Shown here: one piece after another, positions 51,471 to 64,000 of the stretch
How positions within the stretch are numbered: the first letter of the stretch is position 1
Layout: each line of letters begins with the position of its first letter
DNA from: Mobula birostris
Taxonomy: Eukaryota
DNA length: 64,000 nt
Reading direction: 5' to 3'
Assembly: GCF_030028105.1 (NCBI RefSeq)
Contig: NC_092385.1
Location: 42,271,433 to 42,335,432 of the forward strand
Program-made: the position numbers and the translations under genes
The notes under the pieces: generated by a model
Seen by the model: only the letters and a program-made list of their open reading frames with translations
Told to the model about the DNA's origin: nothing
Database searches by the model: none

Positions 51471-54400
51471 ACGTCTGCAGATGTGGTTTTCTAATCCTGA
51501 GTGAAATCTGTGCCTGTGCCTTATTTTTCCTTTTATACCATGGATTTTGTTTTCATAACAAGCTTAATTTGGAACTTTTTCAAACACAATGCCTTCTGCA
51601 CTGTAATTAACCACCCATAACCTCATCTCTGTCATAAATAAGATATGACTCATCATGAACTTTTAACAGGCTGTACATATCCCACTGATGACCTGTATTT
51701 CCTCAATCATTGTTTCAATATTCTCACTTTTTTTTCTCATGAACTCTAGGTATTTCTTTCTCAAATGTACATTAACTTTCAGCTATTGCATATGGGTATG
51801 AGAGAACATTTAAAAAAAAACTACTGACCCCACCTGTCCAAAGAAATGTAAATAGTCTACACCAATGGTCATAATACAGTAAAAGATGTTTTACAAATTA
51901 ATAAATGTTTTAAATGTGAAAACATTATTTGTTTATACGGTTAGGATTTCAAAAACCTCTGATGGGACTTAACTTACATTTGTTCTTTCTTCATTTTGCA
52001 AAACTATAGAGGAAATAGAGTAAATAAGCCTATGAAAAATAGAATGCTGACATGCTAATGTAAGATATTTGTGTAGGAAAAATAAAACAAAATATTTTGT
52101 TAGTGGAGAATATTGGCAACAGTATCAGCATCATATTCCAGTGGATAAGGTGTTCAGACTTTAGGGCTTAATACTTTTCAGTTGAACAAATGTACTATAT
52201 ACTGGAGTGTTGTGATAACAAAACTAATACAAAATAAATGGGCTTATAAAAAAGACTTTGAAGGGGAATTAAACCTCCAGAGACTCTGTACATTGGCTGA
52301 TCCGCAACTGGCACTGAAAGGATTATCACTCAGCATTAATAAGCAGGCAATTGCATTGAAGAACAAAGCTGTTACTTTAATAAAAGAGACAACCATACAA
52401 AAACAAATTGAACAAATAAAGACTAAGTATTCCTGAATAAACAGTTTGCACACATACTTCGTTCAACCAAGATATCATAGACAGCATGCACCCCCTCTCA
52501 CACGTATTCACTGTTGGGATTCAGTGATTTGAGATGATCTGTGAACAGCACAGGTGAAAGCAATTCCTTATGAGTTGCCTATTTGTACCCATTACTGATC
52601 TCTTTAATTCCACAAGATTTGATCATTGACCCTCAATTAAATGTACATTTGTCCTGGGTGTTCTTTTGTGTCCCACTCTGCTTATCATTAAATTTGTGGA
52701 CCATGGTTAAAGGAGAATTTAAGCATTGATCGTCTTCCTCAGAATGCATCTGAATTTTAATCCTTTAGTGCAATCATGTCACTCTTCCTCGCTGGTAAGT
52801 GGATGCATTTATGGTAGTAAATGCAAAATGTATTTGCACATGTTTCTGTTCAAAGTGGATAATTACTGCAGTTTGTTCCCGGTTTATAATTCCTGATGTA
52901 TGTACAGCCTATAGATATGAATGAATGTTTGGGAGATGAGCTACATAGATCTTCTGGCTGCTGCAGGGCTGCACAGTTCTTCTGGTGTGGGAACTCAGTT
53001 TGCAGTGGCATTTTCTGACCAGTGGTTTGCGAACGGTTCACAGAAATGCAACTTTGCCATAATCTGGCGAGGACCTGTCGTTATTATATAATTAGTAAAA
53101 TAAAACACTCAAGAATATAAAACCCATGCCTCAATAAGTTACGTCTCAATTTCAAATATCAAAATGATGTCAAACAATTGTCAGAGGTTCTTCACCGAAG
53201 CATTACACATTGTGCAGAATTGCAGAGAGATTTCACACAGGCAGTATCCTCCTCCCTCTCTTCCCTATTACTCCACTGCACAGGGCTAACTTGCAAAATT
53301 CTCATGCAAGGTTCAGAACCGATGCATTGCGGAAGCAAATAGGAGTTTGAGATCATTAGCTTCAAGTGCTGAGTTGATTTAAAATGAACAATGCATATAC
53401 AGAACAAATGGAAGAGAAAGGAAGAACACTTGATGTATTGGAAAATTAAGTTCAAAATCTAAAACTAAACCTTCTGAATTTATAGTAATTTTCATAATGC
53501 ACAAACTGAAATTTTAGATACAAAATGACCAAGTTCAATTGTGTTGAACAATTCACTCTTGGAATGTATTCTACAGTATTGGAATGGATTAACAAATCTT
53601 CGACCACCCAAGCTGGATTTTTATATATTTCCCAACTAATTAAATATAATCTTTTGAAAACTTTGCATGTCGTATTCTCGTCTTGTCCCCGGTGACCATT
53701 GACAACAACAAAAATGATTACCAACTGCTAATTTACCACAGGAGTGAAAATTTTTAATGCCATAATTTTAAGCACCCTAATGGGAAATCAGTTCTTTATT
53801 AGATTGTGTATCTGTCAGTGACATCCAAAACCCCAAGTCTAAGCAAAACAGCAACTGTGAACATCATTAGCATGCAGATAATTAATACAATAAAAATTCA
53901 GTTATCTACACATAAACTAAAAGACCAAATGCTCTTTCAAGGTTTCACACTGTGGTTGTAATTATTCAGCGAAAGTATAACTCAAAAAACTTGTTAGTTC
54001 TAACAACTCCCATGATAGCAGAAGGAGCACGAACAAAGAAGACAGCACATACAAAAGGCTACAACATTAACCTGCATTATATTACATGAAACAACCATCC
54101 ATAAACTTTGATGGGAGATTCTGTGCTCAGAGTTTACACTTTAATGCTCCATTGCAACCCCATAAGCAAGGAAACAAATTGCTGGCAGCATGGCATTGAC
54201 TTTATTACTAAATTTACAGTTTTATGCTTGCTGTGGATCCTCATAGCCTTACAACTTCTTTACAAATGTAAAAAGTATTATTTTTTTTATCCATGCACCA
54301 TCACATGAGTGTGAATTAATCATTTCCAGCATAAGCTGGAAGTGTTGGTATGTTGAAGTAATGTTCCCTTTGTAAAGTGAAGAAATTACAAATGGGTTGA

Positions 54401-55349
54401 TGAACCCTTGATGGCGGCATATTTGACATAATCTGACGTACATCTGCGTTTTCACAAAGAAATCCTCGTCGAGGGTCAGGTCCTGAAATGCAGAGACTGA
54501 AAAAAATTGGATTTGAAACAAAATAAATCAGGAATCAAAGATGACATAAAATTCAGACATTAAAAGCCAACGTAAAGCAAAAAAAAGATTATTTAATGAT
54601 AGATATTCCACAATTGTGATGTCTTCAGAGAGATTTAATTAGGATCAGAGATGGTCCTGTAGGATTTGGCTTCCAACTCATGAAATTAAAGAATACAGCA
54701 AGAAGGGTGGTCAAGAGACAAGAGTATGCTATTTAGAGATACAATAACTAGAAAAGAAGTAGACAGCTCTAAGTAAAAGGAAAGAAGTTTAAGCATTGAA
54801 ATAAAGTAAACATTTACTCGTAACCTGTTCAAGAGCATAGGAGACAACACAGAGATAGAGAAAGTTATTTGAATAAATGTTTTGATGCTAGAAATTTCAT
54901 ATTTGAGACAATTAATTGTCGAATGGTAGCTGTCACCTCTTATAAAGGAATTCGGTTGTTGGTGTCAGCAGGTCATTGATGGGATTATTTAACAAAACCA
55001 GCTTTGCAATGAAAAATGCAATACAGAACATCTTTTGTTTAAATCATCATTTGAAAAGAAATGGCCTGTTTTGGACACTTAATTGAAACAAATTTTTAAT
55101 AAAGTTACTGAAATGTTCACTATGCAAAGTAGGTTGAAAATACATTATTTACACTTTCATCATGACCCATGGAGAAAAAAAGTTCATCATCTGAAGACAA
55201 TTTATTATTAATCTGATAGAGACAATGGCGTCTTTGCATTTGTTAGATGTCTCAAGTTTAACAAAGACCGCCTAAATCATGCAGGGAAAGCACATTTCCT
55301 TAAGTTAAGTACTGTCTGAGGTTGCTTGAATGGTTGAAATTCAATTTTT

Positions 55350-56060
55350 TTAATGTATTATTTTTTGCTGATCTGGAAATTGCTGGCAAGGTCAGCATTT
55401 TTTGACCATTTCAATTGTTCATGAAAACATTGGTGTGAGCTGCCACACTTCGGTAAAAGTACTTCCATACTGCTGTTTGGGACAGAAATGCATGAAGTGA
55501 ATAGTGATGACCAAGGAAAGACAATTTTTTATGAAGTCAGAATCATGAGTAATTTGGAGGAGAGTCCATGATACTTGGTGTTCTAATGAGCTGGCAGTCC
55601 TTTGCCTTCTTATTAATACAAGGCAGGGATTTGGGAAATGCTGTCAAAGTAGACTAGATAAAGTACTGCAAATATACATTGCAGCCAATATGTGATGGTA
55701 ATTGTGATAATGAATGTTTCAGGCACAGAATCGGGAACTGACGACCAGGTTGCTTTTCCTGAATGGTGCGGAACTTCCTGAAATTTGATGAAGCTGCACT
55801 CATCCAGCAAGTAGGAGGTACTGTATTACATTTACTTTAGACTTGACCCTTGTTGATGGCTTTGGAGCATCATGCGATTAACTTGGTAGGATACCCAACC
55901 TCTAATCAACTTTGTAACTGGCAAGTCAGTTGAACTTACGGTCAGTAATGGCCAACACGATTTTGATAATATGGGATGCAGTTATGGTAAATATCTTCCT
56001 TAAGGTTAATGACTAATAGTGCTGGTATTTCAGCTCATGCTTGAATGTTGTCTTCATCTT
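55350..56060 (-). mobile_element. Old CR1/L2-group LINE 3' fragment
   Basis: tgctggcaaggtcagcattt terminus; collinear with the 29765-33190 pieces. Confidence 0.6.
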
Positions 56061-56284
56061 ACTGTAGCTGTAATTGAAAGCTGTTTTAGTTGTATATGGG
56101 AGTGTTATAGCTCTGGCAGAGATCTCTTAAATCCACACCATCCCCCTCAAAATTCAAAAGTGCGCCACCAATTAAAGAAACTGGATGTGGAATAACATTT
56201 GAATGATACTTCATGAGTTCAGAGGCTTAAACAGAACAAAGTCTGGTATAGGATGGTGGTGAATATTGGTAGCTTGGCTTGAGG

Positions 56285-56540
56285 TGTTATTGCCGTGTTC
56301 GCTGAGCCTGATTTTTTGAATTCTAAGAGCCAAAGAAATGCAAGCCAATAGATTTGAAATGTCAGCTGAAGGGGTAGCCAGTCAGGACTAAGGCAAGTGA
56401 ATGGGGCCAGGGGGCTATATAAACGCAAGCACTCCCAGAGAGAAATTCCAACAACTGTGCACTGAGGATGTCACCTCAACTGGTGATGAAACGTCAGCAA
56501 ACTAATTGCCAAGCTCGGTGAACACAGAAACATCCAACTC
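56285..56540 (+). mobile_element. Penelope-like terminal repeat of a second family
   Basis: TATA-like ctatataaa (~56415), a hammerhead motif, and a short inverted copy of the tail (ccgtgttcgctgagcctg ~56293 versus caagctcggtgaacacag ~56510). Confidence 0.6.
56458..56499 (+). ncRNA. Minimal type I hammerhead ribozyme motif
   Basis: tgca-CTGAGGA-t-gtcacc(tcaact)ggtgat-GAAAC-GTC-agca: both core boxes, a 6-bp stem II, ACGT stem III and a canonical GUC site; stem I is weak. Confidence 0.75.
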
Positions 56541-57689
56541 CTGTGTATTTAAGACTTTAGGTATGTCAGAGGAACATTGTGCTTTGTCATATTTACTCTG
56601 GCATTTAATAAGATCATGGCTGATCCTGCGCCTCATGCTTACGTTACCCAGATACTTATTCAAAGATACAAAAATATATTGATGAGAAGCTCACATATAT
56701 TATGGAAAATGCTCAACATAGTATAGCACAGAATTCCAAATTTATCAAAACTGCTTCCACCCTTCATACTCAGCTTGACACAGATAGACAAATCCCTATA
56801 CTGAGATTGGGCTCTGTGCTTTGGATTGTACACTTAGTTACAAAAAACACATACTAAGTGAAAATTACCAAAGCCAAAGTTAAAATAATATTTGTGTAAG
56901 TTCTGAAATTTAAGGGCGGAGAGTACACCTAGTCAGCTATCTATCTACTCCTGCCTTATCACTTATTTCTCCTAGATTGAATTTGTCTACTCCACCTGAG
57001 AATGCTCGTCACATTGGCATCGATCTAATGGCATGCCCGGAAATGAACTAGCCTGCTTAAAAATCATCCTGTTCTTTGTCAATATGATGAAGAGCTCTCC
57101 TTATCAGAAGGAAGACAAATAATCCTGACTGGCATTTTCAACCATCAGATGAGTATTATCTGCCCAACAGATATCAGCTGAAAGACCTTAATTTTTCATT
57201 CAGAAACTGCTTTTTATCCGGTCTTGTAACACTAATTTGCATCAGCACAAACAGTTCAAACCACTGTCTTGAAGGAATGTGAGAAATTGCACGTCCACCT
57301 AATGGAGCAGCAAAGAAGTATTTTCAGTAGAAGTGAATATGTGGCTCTCATTACAAATGCTGCATATGGCGGAGCCTGGCCAGAATAAAAGTGGAATTTA
57401 TGGACACCATTCTCTTGTGAAACTATACAAATTAGACTACAATGCAAAGAGGACAAAGCATGAATCAGTTCCTGAGATGCCATACAATACTGCATTGCAT
57501 TCCACATTACTTGGTATGACCTGTGCAGAACATTAGGAAACCACGGAGAAAGGCTGGAATAGATGAAGAGTAAACTGTAAGAGAGTATTTTGCTGTTCAC
57601 GTTTAAGTAAATTTCTTTCAGTAAACACCTATCTGCTCTTTATAACCCATCTTTGAAGAATGTTGTAAATATTCAATATTGTTCAAAAT

Positions 57690-58145
57690 TTGAATTAAAT
57701 TTATTATTATATATATATGAAAAACTACCCAACAGGATAGACAACTAATAATAAGAATAAATAAGCAAATAATGTTGAGAGTATGAAAAGAGTCTTTGAA
57801 AGTGAGCCCAAAGTTTGCGGAAACAGTTAAGTGATGGAGCGAGTGAACTTAAATGAACTTAACCCCTTCAGCTCAAGAGCCTGATGGTTGAGGGGTATTA
57901 GCTGTTCCTGAACCTGGTGGTGTGGGTCCTGTGGCTTCTGTACCTTCTTCCTGATGGCAGCAGCAAAGAGAGAACATGGCCTAGATGGTGGGGGTCCTTG
58001 ATGATTGATGCTTCTTCCCCGTAACAGTGCACCGTATAGATGTGCTCAATGGTGGGCGGGGCTTTCCCCATAACGGACTGGGCCGTATCTACTACTTTCT
58101 GTAGGCTATTCTGTACCAGTGCATTGGCGTTTCCACATCAGGCCA
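57690..58145 (-). mobile_element. Rex1/Babar LINE 3' fragment
   Basis: Antisense HLGHVLSLLLPSGRRYRS..TRFRNS (gctgttcctgaacctggt..tgtaccttcttcctgatggcag). Confidence 0.85.
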
Positions 58146-58319
58146 CATTAATTCATATGAACACTGATCATAATGTGAGCAAAAATAAAATTCTGAGTTG
58201 TGAACTGCAGAAGTGATGCTTCAAGGTGAGGAAAAACATAGTAAACAAAAGAGGAAAAAGCCAGAGAATATGTTGAAGGCTCTAACAAACTACTTTCTCT
58301 ATCTAACCACCATTCTCAG

Positions 58320-58420
58320 GGAATAATAAGCAAACCAAACCACTGGACCTCAGCAGATCAAGCAGTATCTGTGGAAGCAAAGGGATAGTTGAAAATTTGG
58401 GTCAAAATCCTGCATCAGTC
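58320..58420 (-). mobile_element. Old Penelope terminus fragment
   Basis: ctcagcagatcaagcagtatctgtgga...tgcatcag is homologous to the other termini. Confidence 0.5.
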
Positions 58421-58618
58421 ATGAACTTTAGTGTTAATACCTCTTCAGATTGGAAATGTCTCTTCAAACAAGGTTGAGACTCATTGGTCTCACTCTTATT
58501 GTTCTCATACACTAAATTTCCCTCCCTTGATGGCATTAAGTCACACCACTGCACATTGTCAAGGCCTATCTTCTCTGTTTTCATCCCTGACATGTGGGGC
58601 CAGCTTCACATGATCATG

Positions 58619-58845
58619 AACACAAAAAATGTTGAAGATACTGGAAATCTAAAGCAAAACACACAAAATGCTGGAGAAACTCAGCAGGTAAGGCAGCATC
58701 TATGGAAATGAACAAACAATCGATGTTTCAGGCCGAGACCCTTCTTAAACCCTGAAGAAAGGTCTTGGCATGAAATGTTGATTGTTTTGATTTTCCATAG
58801 ATGCTGCCTGACCTGCTGAGTTCCTCTGGCATTTTCTATATGCTG
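58619..58845. mobile_element. Fold-back element of two inverted Penelope termini
   Basis: aaaatgctggagaaactcagcaggtaaggcagcatctatggaaa pairs with tttccatagatgctgcctgacctgctgagttcctctggcatttt; a degenerate CTGAAGA..GAAA motif lies in the centre. Confidence 0.85.
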
Positions 58846-59154
58846 CAATAGTCAGTTATCTGTGTTTCATCATCACACTTAGGTCTGTTTTCCTCTTTAA
58901 ACCATTCAACTCCAGTGTAATCATCTTTAAATTAGGGACAGCTCTTGGCTTGGTGGAGAGGTTGTTGAGTTGTCAATGAAGTGCAAGATGAGAATCAGTC
59001 TCATCCCATTTGTTGTGGTGCTCATAGGTTACTGCTCCCATTTAACACCGTTGTCTGTTTTCTGGAGGAATTTCTCAAGTTTTGTTGCTTCTCCAATGAT
59101 TACACCAAAACGTTTTGAAGCAGATCCATCTTACTTTGTTGGACACGCTGAGCA

Positions 59155-59460
59155 ACAACATGGTAATATAACACCTAGAGTAAAGCTATTGAAACACCAG
59201 CTGTAAGATCAGGGTTCGATTCCCACCACTGTCTGTAAAGAATTAGTACATTCTCCCTGTGATTGTGTGTGTTTCTTTCTGGTCTCTGGTTTCCTCCCAG
59301 ATTCCAAAGGTATAGGCTTAGGAAGTTATGGGCATGATATGTTGGGGTTGGAAATGTGCAACTCTTGTGGGCTGCTCAGCACAATTCTCAATAACATGAC
59401 ACAAATGATACATTTTACTGTATGTTTCCACGTACATATGAAAAATAATCGCTAATCTCT
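59155..59460 (+). mobile_element. tRNA-derived V-domain SINE
   Basis: B box ggttcgattccc (~59213), V core ctctggtttcctcccagattccaaag and a LINE-like tail. Confidence 0.8.
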
Positions 59461-62094
59461 AGTCTTCAATTCCCTATTCTCTTTTAGGAAAGGGAGTTGG
59501 TGGCCTTGATGCTGCAGAGTTCCAATGGACAACAACATGTGTTACATGTATTTACTGGTCTTTTGTGAGTCAAGGCAAGCATTTAATGAGTAGCTTCTGC
59601 AAATACTCAGGCTAGAGAACAGTGTTCAAATATTACTTCCCTGTGTACTCCTGACAGTCATCCTGCAGCGCTGATGTGATATTTTATCAGCTCCTTTCAG
59701 CAAGTGTACACAGTAAACAACTTATGGCTAAGTAAACTGTTTCATCTGAGATGGGAAGGTCAATACCATTGAGCTATCTTGTTTCTTCAGGCATACTCCA
59801 TCACTGCAGTAATCAACCTTGGTGCACCTACTTTCATTTGACTGAGCTTGATTTGGGTGGGTCTCCCATTATTTTTAACCGGACCAGCAATGAAGGTTCT
59901 CATAGTTGATATCTTTCACACTGTTCAGTCATGGTAGGTCTTTTGGCAGATTCTATTGAGAAAATTTTTGCATTGTGCTTTTCCAAAGCTTTATCCCAGG
60001 ACTGAAAAAAGTTAATTGATTGTAATCAGAGATAAGTAATGACAAGGTTTATACCTGTAAAGCTCACGTATCTCTTGAAATTAGGAATGATCTTTGGCTT
60101 GCCATATGCATTGTGACACCAGAGAAGATTCACATTGCTAATCAAAGCCCTTTAATAAAGAAAGTAAAAAAGCTATCCAGATTGCACTTAAATCTATTTA
60201 TTATAATGATTGTTCAAGTCCGCTCTTCGAAGGACGATACTAAATTTCAACCCTCAAGGGAGTTTCTTCAAACTTGACTAAGAATGATGATGTAATAGGT
60301 ATCAAAAGACACACAAAGCCCAATAAATGATATAACCGTCTAGTCCTGTATAATATATAACATCTTCAAATTACCAGCTGATGTTTGTAAAAACTATAAT
60401 TAGAAGCATGATCTGAAAGTCAAGAAGATTCCATGAACAATAATCACATTTTGGGGGGGGGGGTACTACTTAATGGCAACAACGTGACACTTCTCAGAAT
60501 GACAAAGATCATCCACTTGAGACAATTATTACTAAACAGGTTTATTCATATGGCTTATTTTTTGCAGCAGGAATAAAATATAGTCAGTTGCTGACTCATC
60601 TCAATAACGTAAAGGATTAGAATCAATTCATGAATTAATTACAGAGGGAGACTATCAATCTAAGTTGACTTTCCTTCAGACAAATCAAGAATTTCAAATA
60701 TTCCAATTTATATTGTTTGCTGAAGCATTCTTGATGCTAAATGCAGTCCTAACAATAATCTTGACTATTAAGATAAACAAGTATGATAGTCAGTACTTGC
60801 AAATAAGTACAACAGTATTTTGGTAACTATAGGCTGAAAATTATAGTTTGATGAAGCTATTTCAAATTAATGGTGGTATTATTCCTCAGTATCATTTATG
60901 CTATATCATAAAACTACAAATCTGTTGTAAAAATCCACCATACTTTCAATTTTCCTTTAGTCTCATTTATATATAATTTAAACCCATATCAAATCGACTG
61001 TACTGTCAATTCTTCCTCAAACATTCCAGAAAAGACAAATAAGCTCAATAATAGTTTCAATTATCTCACAAGTTTGTCCAAGATAACTAAAGGTAACAGA
61101 TGTTCTATAATAATGTTGAAAGCATAAAATACTTTCTCACCAGTCAAGTCCACGCAATAAAAAGGAACTAGTACAAAATGACAGAACACCAACAACTTCA
61201 TCAATAAATGATTTTCATTCTATTTTACTTCATCCTTTCACAGACAATGAGGCTGGTAGCACTTTAGCTGAGAAAAAATGTTTTGCACCTCAATACAGGA
61301 GGGCAAACATTTAATGGAAAGGTCAAAACACTTGAAAGATTTAAAATTAATTAATTTCCTTCCCAGAAGGTAAGCATAATTAAAAGCAAAGAAAAGATAT
61401 GGATGGAGGACTAGTTGAAGCTGAGGATGGCTGGAGGAAGAGGAACTGTAATGTGTCAGCAGTTGTACTTCTGTGATAATTAAAAAGATTAAACAAATTG
61501 GGTGAAGCCTCAATATTGGCTGACAGTTGAATAAACTACTAACAGCATTGCAAACCAAGATTAATAATTTGATCTCTGAATTTTTGCTCTCTCACTTCAA
61601 AAAACAACTTGTAGAAATGGTCAATTTTGAGGAAAAAAAACTGTTGAACTAGTACCATCTTCTTGTCACAAATAATCTTGCAGATCAGGAGAAAGATGTG
61701 GCAGTGGTACAGAGTTGAGATGTTGGATGCAATAGTTATTGACAAGCATTTTTTCCTCAGGAAGCAAGAATAATCTTTTCCAAAAGATATTAATTTCATT
61801 TAATTATATGCACAGAAAATTTTCATAAGCCAAGGCCAATAGCATTTTTATACTAGTTCAACGCGATGCAGTCATGAAAAGGCCAGACACTCTGGTGGGA
61901 TATTTGAAACATTATTAAATGAAACAGACAAATGTATCTATTGAAAAAGTTTGTTTCCATACAAACTCTTAGCCATTTGTGATATCAAAATGATGTATCT
62001 GTAATATTTATTAAGACTCTGAGAAGTGCAATCCTGTCTTGAATACAGAATCTAACCAGCTATTCTTAAGAAAAAATTATCAAGATACAAAATA

Positions 62095-63547
62095 ACTGGT
62101 GGTGTCAGAACAACAACCTCTCACTCAATGTCAGAAAGACCAAGGAATTAATTATAGACTTCGGGAGAGGTCCATAAACCAGTCCTCATCAGAGGATCAG
62201 AGATGGAGAGGGTCAGCAACTTTAAATTACATGGTGTTACAATTTCAGAGGACCTGTCCTGGGCCCAGCACATAAATTTAATTATAAAGAAAGCATGGTG
62301 GCACCTCTACTTCCTTAGGAGTTTGTGGAGATTCGGCATGACATCTAAGATATTGACAAACTTCTATAGATGTGTATTGAAGAGTTGATTGATTGACTGC
62401 ATCACAACCTTGTATGGAATTACCAATGACCTTGAACAGAAAATCATACAAAAAGTACTGAATTCAACCCAGTTCATCACAGGTAAAGTCTTCCCAACCA
62501 TTGGGCACATCTTCATGTAATACGCTGTAAGGTTTCACTGCTAATGTAATCGCTTTTTGGTAATGTTCACAGCTGAGGTAATGGTTTCTCCGTAGCAGCA
62601 ATGTTTAGGTTATGGCTGGAGATAACAGGATGCATGTTAGCCAATAAGAGATTGTTGCTGTGTCTTGTGAGTCTGGAAAGAAGTTTTTCTCGCAGTCCTT
62701 TGTTGAGGAGAGATGAAGAGGGAAGACGCATGTGGAGAGAGCTGGTAGACCACCGGACGGAGTGGACTGGGATCTGAGGGTCCGAAGGTCGGCGACGCTC
62801 AAAGGAGATCGATGGTGGAAGAAGGACTACTGAGTGAGCTCCATCGTGACTTTGACTTGGGCCCGTTTTGTTTTATTTTCAATACTAACCCTGTATTCAT
62901 CTTAAGATTCGTGAAGTTCAATCATTTAATTGCATATGGTGTACTGTCTGATATTTTGCGCTGTGGGTTTGTAACTGGGGGTACATTACACAGCATCCAC
63001 ACAAATGCCATTACCCAGTTTTGCGGGGCCGAAGGCTGTTTCCCTAGAGGAACAGGAGCTGGGCGAGCCTGACGGTTACATACATGAAATGCTGCCCTCA
63101 GAAAGTCACATTCATCATCAGGGATCCCTACCATCCAGGACATGCTCACTTCTTGCTGCTGCCATCCTGAAGAAGGTACAGAAGCCTTAGGATTCACACT
63201 GCCGATTCAGGAACAGTAACTACACCTTGACCATCAGACTCTTGAACAATAAGGGATAACTTCACTCAGCTTTACTTGCCTCATCATTAAAAGGCTCCCA
63301 CACCCTGTGGACTCAATTTTAGGAACTCTTCTTCTCATTTTCTTGATATTTATTGCTATTTATTTATTGCATTTGCAGTTTGTTGTCTTCTGCACTTTGG
63401 TTGAACACCCTAGCTGGACAGACTTTCATTGATTATGTTATTGTTATTATTCTATAGATTTGTTGAGTATGCCCACATGAAAATGAATCTCAGGGTTGTA
63501 TATGGTGACATATATGTTCTTTGATAATAAAATTTACTTTGAACTTT
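62095..63547 (+). mobile_element. Rex1/Babar LINE 3' fragment split by a solo LTR
   Basis: Reads ERVSNFKLHGVTISEDLSWAQHINLIIKKAWWHLYFLRSLWRF, resumes at 63081 with HPGHA.., and ends in gataataaaatttactttgaacttt. Confidence 0.9.
62516..63080 (+). mobile_element. Solo LTR (565 bp), probably Gypsy-type
   Basis: TGTAA...TTACA termini, a 4-bp TSD ttca/taca (one mismatch), and precise interruption of a Rex1 frame. Orientation is tentative. Confidence 0.8.
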
Positions 63548-63862
63548 TAACTATTGCTTCTAATAAATTAATTGAGAGAAAAATGATACTCTTTTGCCGA
63601 TCTCAGTTGATATGCAACTTCTATAGGTGACAATAACCTATTCTTTCTCACATATTTTAAATTACATTGGGTAAAACAATTGCAAATTTCTTTGGTTCTT
63701 ATGTTTAGCTTATATCTGGTCATTGTGACAGAATGACTTGAAGGAGATGAAGGGCATGTAAAGATGGCACCTGAAAGCAGATAAGCATTCAATCTAATGT
63801 TGCTATTTTCTCTTCAGAAACCGCCCAACTAAGATGGATTGCAAAGTGAGGAACAAAATAGG

Positions 63863-63865
<3 letters not shown>

Positions 63866-63893
<28 letters not shown>

Positions 63894-63909
63894 CTGTGTC
63901 TGTGTGTGT
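63866..63909. repeat. (GT)n microsatellite
   Basis: GT run with two ct interruptions. Confidence 0.95.
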
Positions 63910-64000
63910 ATTTGGATCACATACCTAGAGGGGCTTGCAGCTAATAACTGATTTAATGGATTCATATTGAACTGTTTCTTTTCATGTGGCTCTTAAATTA

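Noticed and set aside
54249-54521. 90-aa minus ORF behind a good acceptor
   Set aside because: No recognisable domain or convincing donor; treated only as part of a possible conserved non-coding block.
59155-59235. tRNA gene suggested by the B box ggttcgattccc
   Set aside because: No cloverleaf, and it continues into a V domain, so it is a SINE head.
1-64000. CRISPR array, operon or other prokaryotic-type defence system
   Set aside because: No regularly spaced repeats and no gene-dense architecture; the RT and nuclease motifs all belong to decayed eukaryotic transposons.

Overview
AT-rich eukaryotic DNA, most likely intronic or intergenic sequence of a cartilaginous fish, probably a ray or skate. 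This is inferred from the repeat families (HER1/CR1-type LINEs, V-domain and Deu-domain SINEs, Rex1/Babar LINEs, Penelope-like elements), all recognised by eye without a database search. I cannot support any intact host protein-coding gene, rRNA, tRNA gene or CRISPR array. The recognisable ORFs are decayed transposon frames or their antisense; the rest are short and unassignable. Roughly half the window is transposon-derived: many CR1 and Rex1/Babar pieces, an older CR1/L2-group LINE hosting nested insertions, one L2 3' end, three Penelope-like RT/GIY-YIG relics, a full-length decayed Tc1, a TSD-flanked Chapaev3-type deletion derivative, pogo-like and hAT MITEs, two solo LTRs and a probable RTE-derived element. 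The most interesting signals are minimal type I hammerhead ribozyme motifs in Penelope termini, including short head-to-head fold-back elements (one with a 13-bp TSD). Also notable are an unexplained 71-bp inverted repeat with a nested hairpin, 5'-inversion junctions in non-L1 elements, and a candidate 18-nt microexon. I see no convincing evidence of a wholly new protein-based system. Boundaries of old repeats are approximate.
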